Below are positions 20,001-29,424 of a stretch of 64,000 nt of DNA, piece after piece. A program made the translations under genes and the position numbers. A model generated the notes under the pieces. It had not been told where the DNA came from and ran no database searches. It worked only from the letters and a program-made list of their open reading frames with translations. Positions within the stretch are counted from its first letter, which is position 1. The number at the start of each line of letters is the position of its first letter. This DNA is from Myxococcales bacterium (lineage in GTDB: Bacteria > Myxococcota_A > Polyangia > Polyangiales > DASUME01): the NCBI GenBank assembly GCA_047601445.1, contig JASGJH010000001.1, positions 1,664,001 through 1,728,000 of the forward strand. The letters are read 5' to 3'.

Positions 20001-20382
20001 CGTGAGTCGCGTGGAGGTGGCCATCGTCGCTGGCGCCGCCGAGACCCGCTCCACCGCGACCGGAACCAGCTCCTGGAGTCGCAGCATCTCGGGGCTCGCC
20101 CCTGGCAGCTACAGCGCCTACGCCCAGGCCTTCGACAGCACGAACTTGATGAGTACCCCGAGTGCCAGCGTACCCTTCACGATCCCCGTCCCGACGCCCG
20201 AGCAGTGCTTCACGGCCGCGAACTCGGCGCACTACAGCGCCGGACGTGCCACGCGCAAGCTCCAGTTGTTCACGTACTACTACTTCGCCGTGGGCTCGAA
20301 CGAATCGCTCGGCCAGGCGAGCACCACCACCTCCCTGCGCGGCACGCCAGGCAACTGGCGAGTCGTAACGAGCTGCCCCTGA
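17008..20382 (+). CDS. secreted S8 (subtilisin-like) peptidase with PKD, Ig-like and two PHB-depolymerase-type binding domains
   Basis: Lipobox ALGC; triad VAVFD / HATHMAG / ATSGAA; SAGND; KPDL; PKD WNFGDG; two CFTA.NSAHY.AGRA…SCP repeats. Confidence 0.88.
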   Translation: MTTRACMASARHWAAICIFALGCSTAPDQEPEPKASTSGSGGGTTASAPRTSGEPGTVLADAHEAPPLQVLGPLGSGEPIDLAALLDRAKLPHDQSVRVWLDVDHDGRFTNDEVTYEGAATHALDGIRLSESQRRSLHRDDPRTVRLRLASGGRSFDFGLIAMPRTRAVTPIRLRSGRIDAEALPEPIRIESGRHHVIQFARIPSADEKAELEELGVALLGYIPDRSFWARIEGEPERVRQTSIAGGLVLARPATADVKLDASLSTADDASQQLAVHFFADASQDEMTRVSALLAKASIKRWESDYAVIARPSFALEQLTGLEGVQWVEPYVEDTRLHSAAGNLQHRVTPLRSAPYSLDGTGVKVAVFDAFWIDGTHPDLAPRIITSDQSLLASNGIPVGSLNRVGAHATHMAGVIASSGAGNADAIGAAPQAVLYSYLEAYTYQNPNATILAQSSALGWRIINHSYGSGYPCADPSTEPCKSDPHWASYIQHAADADTWATQAGVISIYSAGNDGAVKQYPDNWPDENWQTIYSGAVAKNVIATCGASKIANAGETYSIRVDTSKGPTSDGRVKPDLCAVAVPVVDGGIVYTTELNGGYTTTQATSGAAAQVTGIVALLMQAYRNALGQPEAQLPPDLARGLLIHSADDMTEQNAYHEWYGIFDSHAAPGPDYTTGWGYANAQAAVDLLRASTHRGSQRLFNGQLHEYEVTVPAGQPLKVTLAWTDPPASVGTGRALVNDLDLSVSEVGSGATYYPWVLDKDQPMQPATTGINVVDNVEQVVLTNTTNAALTYRIAIRASAVPQGPQAYQLLTDYDLSFDGPPPATLPPSANFSVLCASLECDFTDASTDPDGSVVTRLWNFGDGTTSQQRNPRHLFAAPGSYNVTLTVTDDTNLTATRSSATGVTSCFTAVNSAHYTAGRATRTGFLSYTYYAVGSGTKLGAASTSTSLQGGNGSFDLVSSCPAPLPAPPTVSSISASVSNGVVTVSGTASDINNNVSRVEVAIVAGAAETRSTATGTSSWSRSISGLAPGSYSAYAQAFDSTNLMSTPSASVPFTIPVPTPEQCFTAANSAHYSAGRATRKLQLFTYYYFAVGSNESLGQASTTTSLRGTPGNWRVVTSCP

Positions 20383-20411
20383 GCGTGCGAGCTCGTTCGC
20401 TTCGCACGCTC
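20381..20411 (+). terminator. GC-rich hairpin after the S8 gene
   Basis: GAGCGTGCGA / TCGCACGCTC 10-bp stem, with no U-tract. Confidence 0.35.
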
Positions 20412-20449
20412 ACCAGGCACTGGCGTCGTTCTTGCTGACGCTCTGGTCC

Positions 20450-21244
20450 ATGACCGAATGGGACGCAGGGGCCTACGTACAGCGCTCGGGCTTGCAACAG
20501 AGGATGGCGGTCGAAGTGCTGGCCTTGCTCACGCTCGAAGGCGATGAGTCGGTGCTAGATGTCGGCTGTGGCGATGGCCGGATCACGGCCGCGGTGGCAC
20601 GCCGCGTTCCTCGAGGGCGTGTCGTGGGGGTGGACGCATCGCAGCGAATGGTGGACTTTGCCCGAGCCCACCTCGAGACGGACCAACCGAACCTCCACTT
20701 CCAGCGCGCCGACGCCCGCGACCTGCCCTTTGAGGCCGAGTTCGACCTGGCTCTCTCTTGCAACGCCCTGCACTGGATCCCCGACCAGGAGACCGCACTC
20801 GCCGCCATGCACCGCGCCCTCAAGCCCCGGGGTCGCGCCCAGCTCCGGCTCGTGCCCGCAGGAGAGCGCAAGAGCCTCGAGCAAGTGATTGAGGAGACAC
20901 GTCGCAGCCCGCGCTGGGAATCGAGCTTTGGGGGCTTCTCCAATCCCTACCTGCACAAGACGCCGGAAGACTATGCCGAACTGGCCCGGCGCAGCGGCTT
21001 TCGCGTGTTGCAGCAGCAGGTCTCGGACAAGGTCTGGGATTTTGGTTCGCATGAGGCGTTCGGCGCGTTCGGTGACGTGACCTTCGCCGCCTGGACCGAG
21101 CGGTTGCCGGACGCCGAGCGCCACGCCTTCGTGGAGGACGTGTTGCGGAGATACCGGAGCGTTGCGATGAAGCGAGAAGGCGAAGACAACTGCTTTAGGT
21201 TCTACCAAATGGATCTCGCGTTGGAGGTCTCCTCGTCCCGCTGA
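20450..21244 (+). CDS. class I SAM methyltransferase (trans-aconitate methyltransferase-like)
   Basis: W.A..Y…S..Q, VLDVGCGDG and S.NALHW motifs. Confidence 0.85.
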   Translation: MTEWDAGAYVQRSGLQQRMAVEVLALLTLEGDESVLDVGCGDGRITAAVARRVPRGRVVGVDASQRMVDFARAHLETDQPNLHFQRADARDLPFEAEFDLALSCNALHWIPDQETALAAMHRALKPRGRAQLRLVPAGERKSLEQVIEETRRSPRWESSFGGFSNPYLHKTPEDYAELARRSGFRVLQQQVSDKVWDFGSHEAFGAFGDVTFAAWTERLPDAERHAFVEDVLRRYRSVAMKREGEDNCFRFYQMDLALEVSSSR

Positions 21245-21320
21245 CGCGTCCCTCGCCATCGACTTGCCAGAACAGGCCTCCTCCAAAAGAATCGGGGCAC
21301 GCATGAGCGTGGGGAGTCCA

Positions 21321-22572
21321 ATGGCACGAGAGGATCGAGAGTTCGACATCGCCTTGTTCGGCGCGACTGGCTTCGTCGGCAAGTTGACGGCGCAATACCT
21401 GGCGAAGACGGCCCCTGCCGGTGCCCGCATCGCGTTGGTGGGACGTTCGCTCGCCAAGCTCGAGGCTACGCGAGCCGAACTCGCATGCCCCGCAAGCTGG
21501 ACCCTGGTTCGTGCCGACTCGCAGAACCTCGAAGACATGCGCGCGCTGGCACGCGACGCCCAGGTCGTGGTCAGCACGGTGGGTCCCTATGCACGCTACG
21601 GGTCGCTCCTCGTCCAGGCCTGCGTGGAGGCAGGAACGGACTACGCCGACCTGACCGGCGAGCCGCTCTGGGTGCGCGACATGATCGAGCAGTGGCACCT
21701 GGCGGCCATCGCCTCGGGCAGTCGCATCGTCAACTCCTGTGGCTACGATTCGAATCCCCTCGGACCTCAGCGTCTACGCGTTGTCCAGGCAAGCAACCGC
21801 CGACCGAACCGGTGCCCTCGAGAGCGCGACGCTCGTGGCCGCCTGGAAGGGAGAAGCCAGCGGCGGCACCATCGACTCCGGGCGCGCCATGTTCGAGGCC
21901 ATCGCTGCCGACAAAGCCCTGCGAGCCGACGTGACGAACCCGTACTTGCTCAGCCAGCAGCCGGAGCTCGAGCCCGATCTCGGCAAGCAATCGGACTCTG
22001 CACTGGGGCGTGCATCGTCGATCGATCCGAGCCTCAAGGGTTGGTACGGCAGCTTCGTCATGGCGACGCACAACACCAAGTTGGTGCGGCGTTCCAACGC
22101 GCTGCTCGGCCATGCCTACGGCAAGAGACTCAAGTATCGAGAGGTGATGAGCGCAGGCAAGTCCGCGCTCTCGCCCGCCATCGCGCTCGCAATGGCAGGC
22201 GGCCTCGCCTGCTTCAATCTCATCGGCCCGAGCCTCACCAAGGGGCTCGGCAAGCGCATCTTCGACGGCCTGGCTCCCAAGCCCGGAGATGGCCCCGACC
22301 AAGCTTCCCGCGACGCCGGCTGGTTCCGCAGCGAGACGTTTGCCCAGACCGAAAGCGGAGCACGCTACAAAGCGACGTGCGCTGCCAAGGGCGACCCAGG
22401 CTACGCAGCCACGGCCGTGATGCTCGGTGAGAGCGCCCTGTGCTTGGCCTTCGACCGTGACCAGCTGAGCACCGTCACCGGCGTCGTCACGCCCGCGGCC
22501 GTGATGGCCGAGCCGCTCGGACGGCGTCTGCGCGCCGCAGGGATGACCCTGCAGGTCGAGCGCCTGCGCTGA
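21321..22572 (+). CDS. saccharopine dehydrogenase-like / trans-acting enoyl reductase, apparent +1 frameshift at ~21753
   Basis: FGATGFVG, VGPY, YADLTGE in one frame; SGGT and GDPGY.AT in the next. Removing one A from GAATC 21752-21756 restores the family motif CGYDSIPSDL. Confidence 0.85.
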
Positions 22573-22683
22573 GCCCAACCGCCGCGCGTCTAATTCGCGG
22601 CCACAAACCAGGTCACGCACCCGCCGCCGAACGACGGCCCCGCAACTGGCTCGATCAAGCCGGCACGTCGTTGACTTGCGGCA

Positions 22684-22720
22684 TTGACACGAGCTCCACA
22701 TCGGGTAACCATTTGGTTAC
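22684..22720 (+). promoter_or_regulatory. promoter -35 (TTGACA) and ArsR operator palindrome
   Basis: TTGACA at 22684-22689. Perfect inverted repeat GTAACC-ATTT-GGTTAC at 22705-22720, immediately before the ArsR start. Confidence 0.75.
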
Positions 22721-22723
22721 TCA

Positions 22724-23047
22724 ATGAGCGCAGCACGCCATGCCGAAGCAGACGTCTTTCGAGCCATCGCCGACCCCACGCGGCGAGCGATTCTCGATCG
22801 CCTGCGTGCCGGCCCAGCACCGGTGAACGCCCTCGCCGCCGACTTCGATCACACGCGACCTGCTATTTCCAAGCATCTTCGCGTGCTCAAGCAGGCCCAT
22901 CTCGTGAGCGAGCAGCGTCATGGACGCGAGCGCCTTTATGCCCTCGAGCCCCTCGCGCTGCAGAAGGTGGCCGGCTGGCTCGAGGGCTACCGCGCGTTCT
23001 GGCAACGCAGCCTCGGCAACTTGAAGCGTCACCTGGAGGGCACATGA
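22724..23047 (+). CDS. ArsR/SmtB family transcriptional regulator
   Basis: FRAIADPTRRAIL…ISKHLRVL…GRER.Y motif. Confidence 0.93.
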   Translation: MSAARHAEADVFRAIADPTRRAILDRLRAGPAPVNALAADFDHTRPAISKHLRVLKQAHLVSEQRHGRERLYALEPLALQKVAGWLEGYRAFWQRSLGNLKRHLEGT

Positions 23048-23821
23048 CAAAAGGTACTTCGGCACGATCCATCGCTGACCTGCACGGCGGCACCATCCTC
23101 GCGACCGTGGAGATCGCGGTCCCCCCGGAGCGCGTATTCCGGGCCCTCACCAGCGACGAGGTGACGCTCTGGTGGGGCTCGGACGACACCTACCGCACGA
23201 CCGGCTTCGAGTCGGAGCTGCGCGTCGGCGGACACTGGCGCTCCACCGGCGTAAGCAACGAGGGCAAGGCGTTCTCGGTGGGCGGCACATACCTCGAAAT
23301 CGAATCCGCCACGGCGCCTCGTGCAGACCTGGGAGCCCGATTGGGACGCTGGCAACTCGACTCGGCTCACCTACCTGCTCGACCCCACGCCCGCGGGTAC
23401 GCGCGTCACTGTGCGGCACGAGGGCTTCGCCGGGCGCCCCGACTCTTGCGCGGGCCACGCGGCGGGCTGGGAGCGCGTGCTCGGCTGGCTCACGGGACAT
23501 CTGCGAGCAGCGGAACCGCCGAAGCACTACTTCGTGGTCAAGCTCATCACGCCGCGCCCTTCCTTCATGGCCGACATGGACGCGGAAGAGCGCGCCGCCA
23601 TGATGGCCCACGTCGGGTATTGGACCGAGCTCCTGCGCAGGGGTCACGCCGTAGCGTTCGGCCCGGTCGCCGACCCAGCCGGCCCTTACGGACTGGGCGT
23701 TCTCTGCGCCCGCGACGAGGGCGAACTGGCGGCGCTCCTGGCGAAGGACCCGGCCATCCTCGCCGAGCGCGGCCTACGCCACGAGGTCGCCCCGATGCTG
23801 CAAGCGATGGTCCGCGAGTAG
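23044..23821 (+). CDS. SRPBCC (AHSA1) + YCII domain protein, apparent +1 frameshift at ~23303
   Basis: ATGA overlap with ArsR; PPERVFRALT…WWG. Removing one A from GAATC 23302-23306 gives EIDPPRRLVQTW, then H..GW and a YCII-like AH..YW…FGPV.DP segment. Confidence 0.85.
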
Positions 23822-24062
23822 CCGCTCACAGGTCCCCTCGCTGGATCTCTGACAGGTAGGTCGACCGCGTGCGCAGCCATCTGAGTTCCAGCTCACAGTC
23901 CGAAGGAACACCGCTGCGCCGCCCGACTGGCTGGTCGGTCGAGCGTCGCGCAAGCGGCGCGTTCGTCGCCACGTGGCGGTCGGCCTCGTCGATGGCGCAC
24001 TGCGCAAAGCCATTCCGTTCCCCATTTCAATCATGGTAATAGTCAAAAGGTTCGGGGGGAAC

Positions 24063-24503
24063 ATGGAAGGTCGCGTGGTGCAGGCCCATTTCGCGATGGC
24101 GCGCGTGGGCAGTGTGTTGGTAACGGCAATCGGACAGGGCGACCTGACGGACGACGAGATCGGCGAGATGATCAAGCGCTTCGACGTCAAGGACTTCCAG
24201 ACCTTGCTGTTCGCTGCGCGCGGCGCCGGGCCCAATTCCAAACAGCGCGGGCGCATCGCGGACTACTGGAAGAAGAGCTGGGCCAAGACGCCGCGCACTG
24301 GGTTGGTGACGGACTCCACGGCCGCGCGTTTCGTGGCCCAGGCGTTTGCATGGCTGCTCAACAACGAGATGAAGGCCTTTCCTTCGGCGGAGCTCGACGC
24401 GGCGGTCGCGTACCTGGCGAGCACGGCATCCGTCGCGGAAGTTGCGGGCGCCATCGCAGCACTGCACACCGCCGTCGAGTTCAAGCAGCGACGCGCGGGC
24501 TGA
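24063..24503 (+). CDS. hypothetical protein (SpoIIAA/STAS-like myxobacterial family)
   Basis: GGGGGA RBS; P...QR..IA and F...EL..AVAYL patterns; GC3-rich codons. Confidence 0.55.
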   Translation: MEGRVVQAHFAMARVGSVLVTAIGQGDLTDDEIGEMIKRFDVKDFQTLLFAARGAGPNSKQRGRIADYWKKSWAKTPRTGLVTDSTAARFVAQAFAWLLNNEMKAFPSAELDAAVAYLASTASVAEVAGAIAALHTAVEFKQRRAG

Positions 24504-24624
24504 GACTTCAGGGGCTGAACGGCAGCGCAATCAGTCTCTCAGGCTCCTCTCGTCGTCCCGCATCACGCCGTGGCACCGCTGCGGACCGTCCGGTCCACGA
24601 GCCGTGCCGTGGTAGCGTGGGGCC

Positions 24625-25158
24625 ATGCCCACCGAGCCCCGACTCTGCATTCCCAGGCCGCGAGCGCGCGGGCTGCTCGGCCTGGCGCGCCGGCTGTGGA
24701 CCGCGCCCACCAGCGTGCTCGGTTATCTCCTGGCCAGCCTGCTGGGCTGCGGCCGTGGTGAACGCGTCGGCGGTGAAGCCGTCTGCGCCTGGCTCTACCG
24801 TCTGCCTGAAGGACGCATGCGTGGGCTTGGTGCCATCGCGATCGGCCACGTGATCATCGTGGAACCTCGATTCCTGGCGGGACGAGAGGCGTGGGTCCTC
24901 GCCCATGAGCTCTCCCATGCCCGCCAGCACGACTGGCTCGGTCCCACCTACCTACTCGTGCACCTCGTCCTGCAGCTCGTGAGCGCCCTCGCCTCCCTGG
25001 GTCGGCGTCGCTCCGGCTTTCCGCCGCAGCACGCTTACAATCCCCTGGAGCGCGGTTTTCTCTGCGTTCCCTTCGACGTGTTGACCTTGCCGCAGGCGCC
25101 AGTGGGCGTTCAGGCCAGTCAGGTCTTACGAGCATTTGGACTGGCGGGGCCGGCGTAG
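24625..25158 (+). CDS. small HExxH metallopeptidase-like protein (copy 1)
   Basis: AIAIGHVI…LAHELSHARQ..WLGP.Y…YNPLE motif. Confidence 0.7.
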   Translation: MPTEPRLCIPRPRARGLLGLARRLWTAPTSVLGYLLASLLGCGRGERVGGEAVCAWLYRLPEGRMRGLGAIAIGHVIIVEPRFLAGREAWVLAHELSHARQHDWLGPTYLLVHLVLQLVSALASLGRRRSGFPPQHAYNPLERGFLCVPFDVLTLPQAPVGVQASQVLRAFGLAGPA

Positions 25159-25171
25159 TACCAGTTCGGCC

Positions 25172-25804
25172 ATGCGCCCCGTAATCGTCGTCCATGGCAT
25201 CTTCGACCCGGCGGTGCGCATCATGCCATTGGTGCATGCCCTGCGTCGTCGCGGAATGCCCCGCGTACGGCGAGCCCGCCTACCCGCGCTCGGCACCACG
25301 CGGATCGAGGTGATGGCCCAGCTGCTCGCGATGCGCGTCGCCCATGTGAAAGCCGAGTACCGCTGCGCGCGCGTGGACCTCGTGGGCTTCAGCATGGGCG
25401 CCCTGGTGGCCCGAGCCTACCTGGAGCTCGCCGCGGGCCACGAGCACATCCGTACCTTCGTCTCCATTTCCGGCCCGCACCGCGGCACCCTGACCGCCCA
25501 TGCCCTCCCGTTCGTGGGCGTGCGACAGATGCGCCCGCGGAGCGAGCTGCTGCGAGCCCTCGGCGACGACGTCGGCCATTTTCCAGACGTGCGCGTGCAT
25601 TGCCTCTACACGCCCTTCGACGCCATGATCGTGCCACCCACGAGCGGAGTCCTGAAAGGCGCCACCAGCGTGCACTGTCTGCACGACATCCCGGCCCACC
25701 ACCGCATGCTGCACGACCCGCGGGTCCACGACCTGGTCGCCCAGCTCCTCCAAGCGGACAACGGCGACCCGCAGCAGCGGGCTGATGTCATCTTGACGGC
25801 CTAG
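25172..25804 (+). CDS. lipase/esterase (LipA/EstA-like alpha/beta hydrolase), copy 1
   Basis: VVHGI, GFSMG nucleophile elbow, SGPHRGT, D.MIVP and H..ML motifs. Confidence 0.88.
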   Translation: MRPVIVVHGIFDPAVRIMPLVHALRRRGMPRVRRARLPALGTTRIEVMAQLLAMRVAHVKAEYRCARVDLVGFSMGALVARAYLELAAGHEHIRTFVSISGPHRGTLTAHALPFVGVRQMRPRSELLRALGDDVGHFPDVRVHCLYTPFDAMIVPPTSGVLKGATSVHCLHDIPAHHRMLHDPRVHDLVAQLLQADNGDPQQRADVILTA

Positions 25805-26318
25805 GCGCGGCCGAAGGCGGCAACGGACAGGGCACGTCTTTGGGAGAGGGTTGACACTGGGCGACCCAGCTCCACGAAGCGCTCACACACTGGTCCATGA
25901 AGCGTTGAATGATCCATGTCACCTCGGGCTCCACCTGCTTCGCCCGAGCCGCGTTCCAGCCATTCATCGCATCGCCTGAAACCTCGAGCGACCAAGCCGG
26001 CCCGTGACCGACGTACAGGCTAAAGCCATAATTTCCGCGCGATACGTAGTTGCCCGGCGGTCCAAATCTCGCGGGCAATTCGACATGGAAGGAGCTGAGG
26101 TCGAGCTTCTTTCCGCAGCCATCGTCATGAGTCAGCTGCGCAGTGACCTGCTCGTAGCGTTCTTGAAGAAGTGATTGCATGCACGCGTGCGGCGCAGCCT
26201 GACCCGGCTGGAGTTGAAACGGCACGGTGATCGACCAGTGGTCCGGCGGGCACCCCGTGAGCACGACAGCCAGGGCGAGCGCGAAGCTCAGGATGGACGC
26301 GGGGCGGGCGCGCTTCAC
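25788..26318 (-). CDS. hypothetical lipoprotein
   Basis: GTG 26318 and leader ending VVLTGC; directly downstream of the RCC1 gene. Confidence 0.55.
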   Translation of the reverse strand: MKRARPASILSFALALAVVLTGCPPDHWSITVPFQLQPGQAAPHACMQSLLQERYEQVTAQLTHDDGCGKKLDLSSFHVELPARFGPPGNYVSRGNYGFSLYVGHGPAWSLEVSGDAMNGWNAARAKQVEPEVTWIIQRFMDQCVSASWSWVAQCQPSPKDVPCPLPPSAAPRPSR

Positions 26319-26341
26319 GTGGAAAAGTGCGCGGTGGATCG

Positions 26342-29170
26342 CTAGTCCCACACCACAATCTCGGGCTGAGTGGCGTACGGGAGTCCACGGAAACCAAGGC
26401 GGCCGCGATCGATGAGCCCCCAGCAAGCAGTCGTGCCGTCGGCTCGTACGGCGCATGCGTGCTGGACGCCGCCGCCGACGGTGACGGCGTCGCTGACGCC
26501 TTGCACTTGGATCGGCTGGTAGTTGCTGCCCGGAACCGCGGTGCTGCCGAGCTGCCCCGAGTCAGAGGATCCCCAACACCATACCGTCCCATCGCGCCGC
26601 ACAGCGCATGCGAAGCCCTGCCCCATGCCGATGGAGCGCACGTCCCCCAGCCCCAGCACCTGCGCTGGGGGCTGGTTCCAGTTGTCCCACTTGCCCCAGC
26701 ACCACACGGTGGAATCCGCTGCGATCACGCAACTAGCATAGGTGCCCGCGGCCAGGGCCACCGCCAGCGGGAGCCCATTCACCACCGCCGGGGCCGTCAG
26801 GCCCGAGTCGCTGCCGGTGCTCTCTCCCCAACACCATACGGCTCCGCTCTCCAGGAGGGCGCAGCCGTGCACCGTTCCCGCAGCCACTGCGATCACATCC
26901 GAAATTTCGGTGACCGAGTGCAGCCGAACGTCCACATAGCTGCCTAGCGCTTCATGCTCATTCGAGCCCCAACACGTCACGAGGCCGTTCTCACCTAGCG
27001 CACACGTGTGGTTATCCCCCGCTGCAAGCGATGCGATTCCGCTGAGCCCCGCAATGGCCTCCGGCGCGCGGCGTACCTGCGTGTCATCGACGACAATTTG
27101 ATCATCGTGGGTGTCGCCCCAGCACCAGACGCTGCCATCACTGCGGACGGCGCATGCGTGCAAACGCCCCACCGCGAGGTCCTTGGCGTCCGCGATGTTG
27201 AGGACCTCCATGGGGCTCTGCGAAGAGGCATAGATGCCCGTACCGAGCTGCCCAGCCTCGTTGTCTCCCCAACAGGCGATGGAGCCGGCGTTCCGCAGCG
27301 CGCAGCTCGAGGCCCAACCAGAGTCCACCTTCCGAGCGTCCGCAAGATCCGTCACGGTGACAGCGGGCTGAGTCCTCAGGCTGAGCTGATTGTCCTGATT
27401 CTTTCCCCAGCAGAAGAAGCGTTCATCCTCCTCCTGAGCACAAGTGTGGTACGCCCCGCGAAACAGGGACACGGCTGCCGCCAGTCCGTTCACCTGAACC
27501 GGCTGTGTCCGCTGCGTCGTGGTTCCGTCGCCGAGTTGGCCAAACTCATTGCTACCCCAGCAAACCACACTCCCGTCGTCCTTCCGGGCACAGCTGTGGG
27601 TCTGTCCCAAGACGATTTCGACGACGTCGCTCAAGCCCTCCACTGCCTGGGGCGTCGCCCTACTGGTGGTCGTGCCATCACCAAGCTGGCCACGATAGTT
27701 CGAGCCCCAACACCACACGGTCTTGTCTTCACGGAGAGCACAGGTGTGACGCTCGCCGATCGCGATCTGCACCACGTCCGCCAGGTCGTTGACCAATGCC
27801 GGCGTTGGCACGTCCAGAGGGCGGTCCTGAGCGCACTCCCCCTCGTTGTTGTACCCCCAGCACCACACCATGCGGTCTTCTAGTAATGCACAGTCATGCC
27901 CACCGCCCACGGCGAGATCGATGGCCGGGCCCAGATCGGCTTGCACGGGCGGCACGGTCGGAGCCTGCTGCGGAGCGGTGCCGTCGCCCGGAAAGCCGTA
28001 GCCCCAACACCAGACCTCTCCTTCGCTGCTGAGCACGCAGTACTGGTTGCCCCCACCGACTAGCCTCGCGGCCATCGGCAACCCGTCCATCTCTGCGGGA
28101 GTGGCGAGCCATGGCTTCTGCTCGTCCACGACGGGAAAGCCCAGCTGCCCGAGGTAGTTCGACCCCCAGCACCAGACGGTCCCATCCTGCCGGCGCGCAC
28201 ACGTGTTGCCCAGGCTCGTAGCGAGCTCGTTCGCATCGTCTATCCCGAGAACATCCGCGTGCGAGAAGGTCGGGTCTTCCGATCCGTTCCCCAGGACGCC
28301 AAAAGAGTTCGTGCCCCAGCACTCCACGCGTCCATCCGAGCGTCTGGCACAACCGTGGTTGGCGCCGCCGACGATCTGCGCCACCGCGGCTCTGCAGGTG
28401 GCATCGGTGGTGTCCGTCCCTCGCGATGCGTAGCCTTGAGTGCACTCGGCCTTGGCGACACAAGCAGTGCTCGGATCCGCGTCGTGATCCCACTGCTTGG
28501 ACGAACAAGCAGCAGCCGGCAGCGCTCCACCGCTGCAGAAATTCCCGGCCGCACACTGAGCGCACAGCGTTGGCGCCTTGGCGGAACCGACGCTTTGAAT
28601 CGAGGTCCCCGGCGCGCACACGAACTGGAGTTCGCAGCTGCCCTGATTGATGTCGTCAGCGAAGTAACCGTCCGGGCAGGGCTCGCAGGCGCGGTCCCAG
28701 GTAGGGCCCGGATCATGGGTCACGAAGGTGCCCGTCGGGCAATCACGCCACGGCTCGCAGGTGGGCGCACCCGCGGAGAACGTACCCTCCGCACATGGCT
28801 GACAAACTCGGTTCGCGACGGGCGTCCCTTCCACGGCGATGAACTCGCCTTCGGAACAAGGCGTCCACCGCGCGCACGCGGTCGCGGGATTGCCATCATG
28901 ATCGAAGGTCCCCGAAGCGCAGGTCGGCTCGCTCGTATCGCCGGCGTCGTGATCGCCCGCTCCGGTGTCGGCCTCGCCGCCTGCGCCGCTGTCAGAAGCG
29001 TCTGCGCCAGCGTCGCCGGGCGGTGTGTATCCCCCCGCGTCAGGCGTGACCTCGGCCCCATCGGCGCCGCGGTCCGGGGTGCCACATGCCGCCGCCAACA
29101 ACATCGCCGCTAGCGCGAAGAACGACGTTCGAGCGCCGCCGCTGCCGCGAACGGAGCTGGTGTGGGCCAT
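26342..29170 (-). CDS. RCC1-repeat lipoprotein with Cys-rich (TNFR-like) repeats
   Basis: LAAAC lipobox, C..C..G.F repeats and many H.CA…G.VWCWG.N..GQLG repeats. Confidence 0.9.
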   Translation of the reverse strand: MAHTSSVRGSGGARTSFFALAAMLLAAACGTPDRGADGAEVTPDAGGYTPPGDAGADASDSGAGGEADTGAGDHDAGDTSEPTCASGTFDHDGNPATACARWTPCSEGEFIAVEGTPVANRVCQPCAEGTFSAGAPTCEPWRDCPTGTFVTHDPGPTWDRACEPCPDGYFADDINQGSCELQFVCAPGTSIQSVGSAKAPTLCAQCAAGNFCSGGALPAAACSSKQWDHDADPSTACVAKAECTQGYASRGTDTTDATCRAAVAQIVGGANHGCARRSDGRVECWGTNSFGVLGNGSEDPTFSHADVLGIDDANELATSLGNTCARRQDGTVWCWGSNYLGQLGFPVVDEQKPWLATPAEMDGLPMAARLVGGGNQYCVLSSEGEVWCWGYGFPGDGTAPQQAPTVPPVQADLGPAIDLAVGGGHDCALLEDRMVWCWGYNNEGECAQDRPLDVPTPALVNDLADVVQIAIGERHTCALREDKTVWCWGSNYRGQLGDGTTTSRATPQAVEGLSDVVEIVLGQTHSCARKDDGSVVCWGSNEFGQLGDGTTTQRTQPVQVNGLAAAVSLFRGAYHTCAQEEDERFFCWGKNQDNQLSLRTQPAVTVTDLADARKVDSGWASSCALRNAGSIACWGDNEAGQLGTGIYASSQSPMEVLNIADAKDLAVGRLHACAVRSDGSVWCWGDTHDDQIVVDDTQVRRAPEAIAGLSGIASLAAGDNHTCALGENGLVTCWGSNEHEALGSYVDVRLHSVTEISDVIAVAAGTVHGCALLESGAVWCWGESTGSDSGLTAPAVVNGLPLAVALAAGTYASCVIAADSTVWCWGKWDNWNQPPAQVLGLGDVRSIGMGQGFACAVRRDGTVWCWGSSDSGQLGSTAVPGSNYQPIQVQGVSDAVTVGGGVQHACAVRADGTTACWGLIDRGRLGFRGLPYATQPEIVVWD

Positions 29171-29424
29171 GGTGCAAGAGCTGCGCAAAACGGGCATGGG
29201 ACGCGCCATCGTAGGTCACGGAGCGGGGGGCCGCAGGGGATTCGCGGGCCAAGCCCTCGTTCTCACGGGGTGAAGGCCTGCGCCGGACCCGGATGTGTCG
29301 GTGAGCACACAGTGGGACCTCTTGGGAGCCGCCACCGCCTGGCACGGGCCAGCCCCGCGTTGCCCAGTCGATCTCGGGAACCTCCACAGCCCCGCGGTGT
29401 CCGACTGAACGCGGAGGCTCCACC

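Noticed and set aside
18076..20232. 718-aa minus-strand ORF, and similar long ORFs at 56019-57623, 56608-58455, 13278-14579 and 52408-53574
   Set aside because: Shadow frames expected in high-GC DNA. They have no motifs and overlap well-supported genes.
26342..28400. Periodic CCCCAGCACCA-like DNA repeats suggesting a CRISPR array
   Set aside because: They encode the WCWG motif of RCC1 repeats inside an ORF. They are not identical repeats with spacers, and no cas genes are present.
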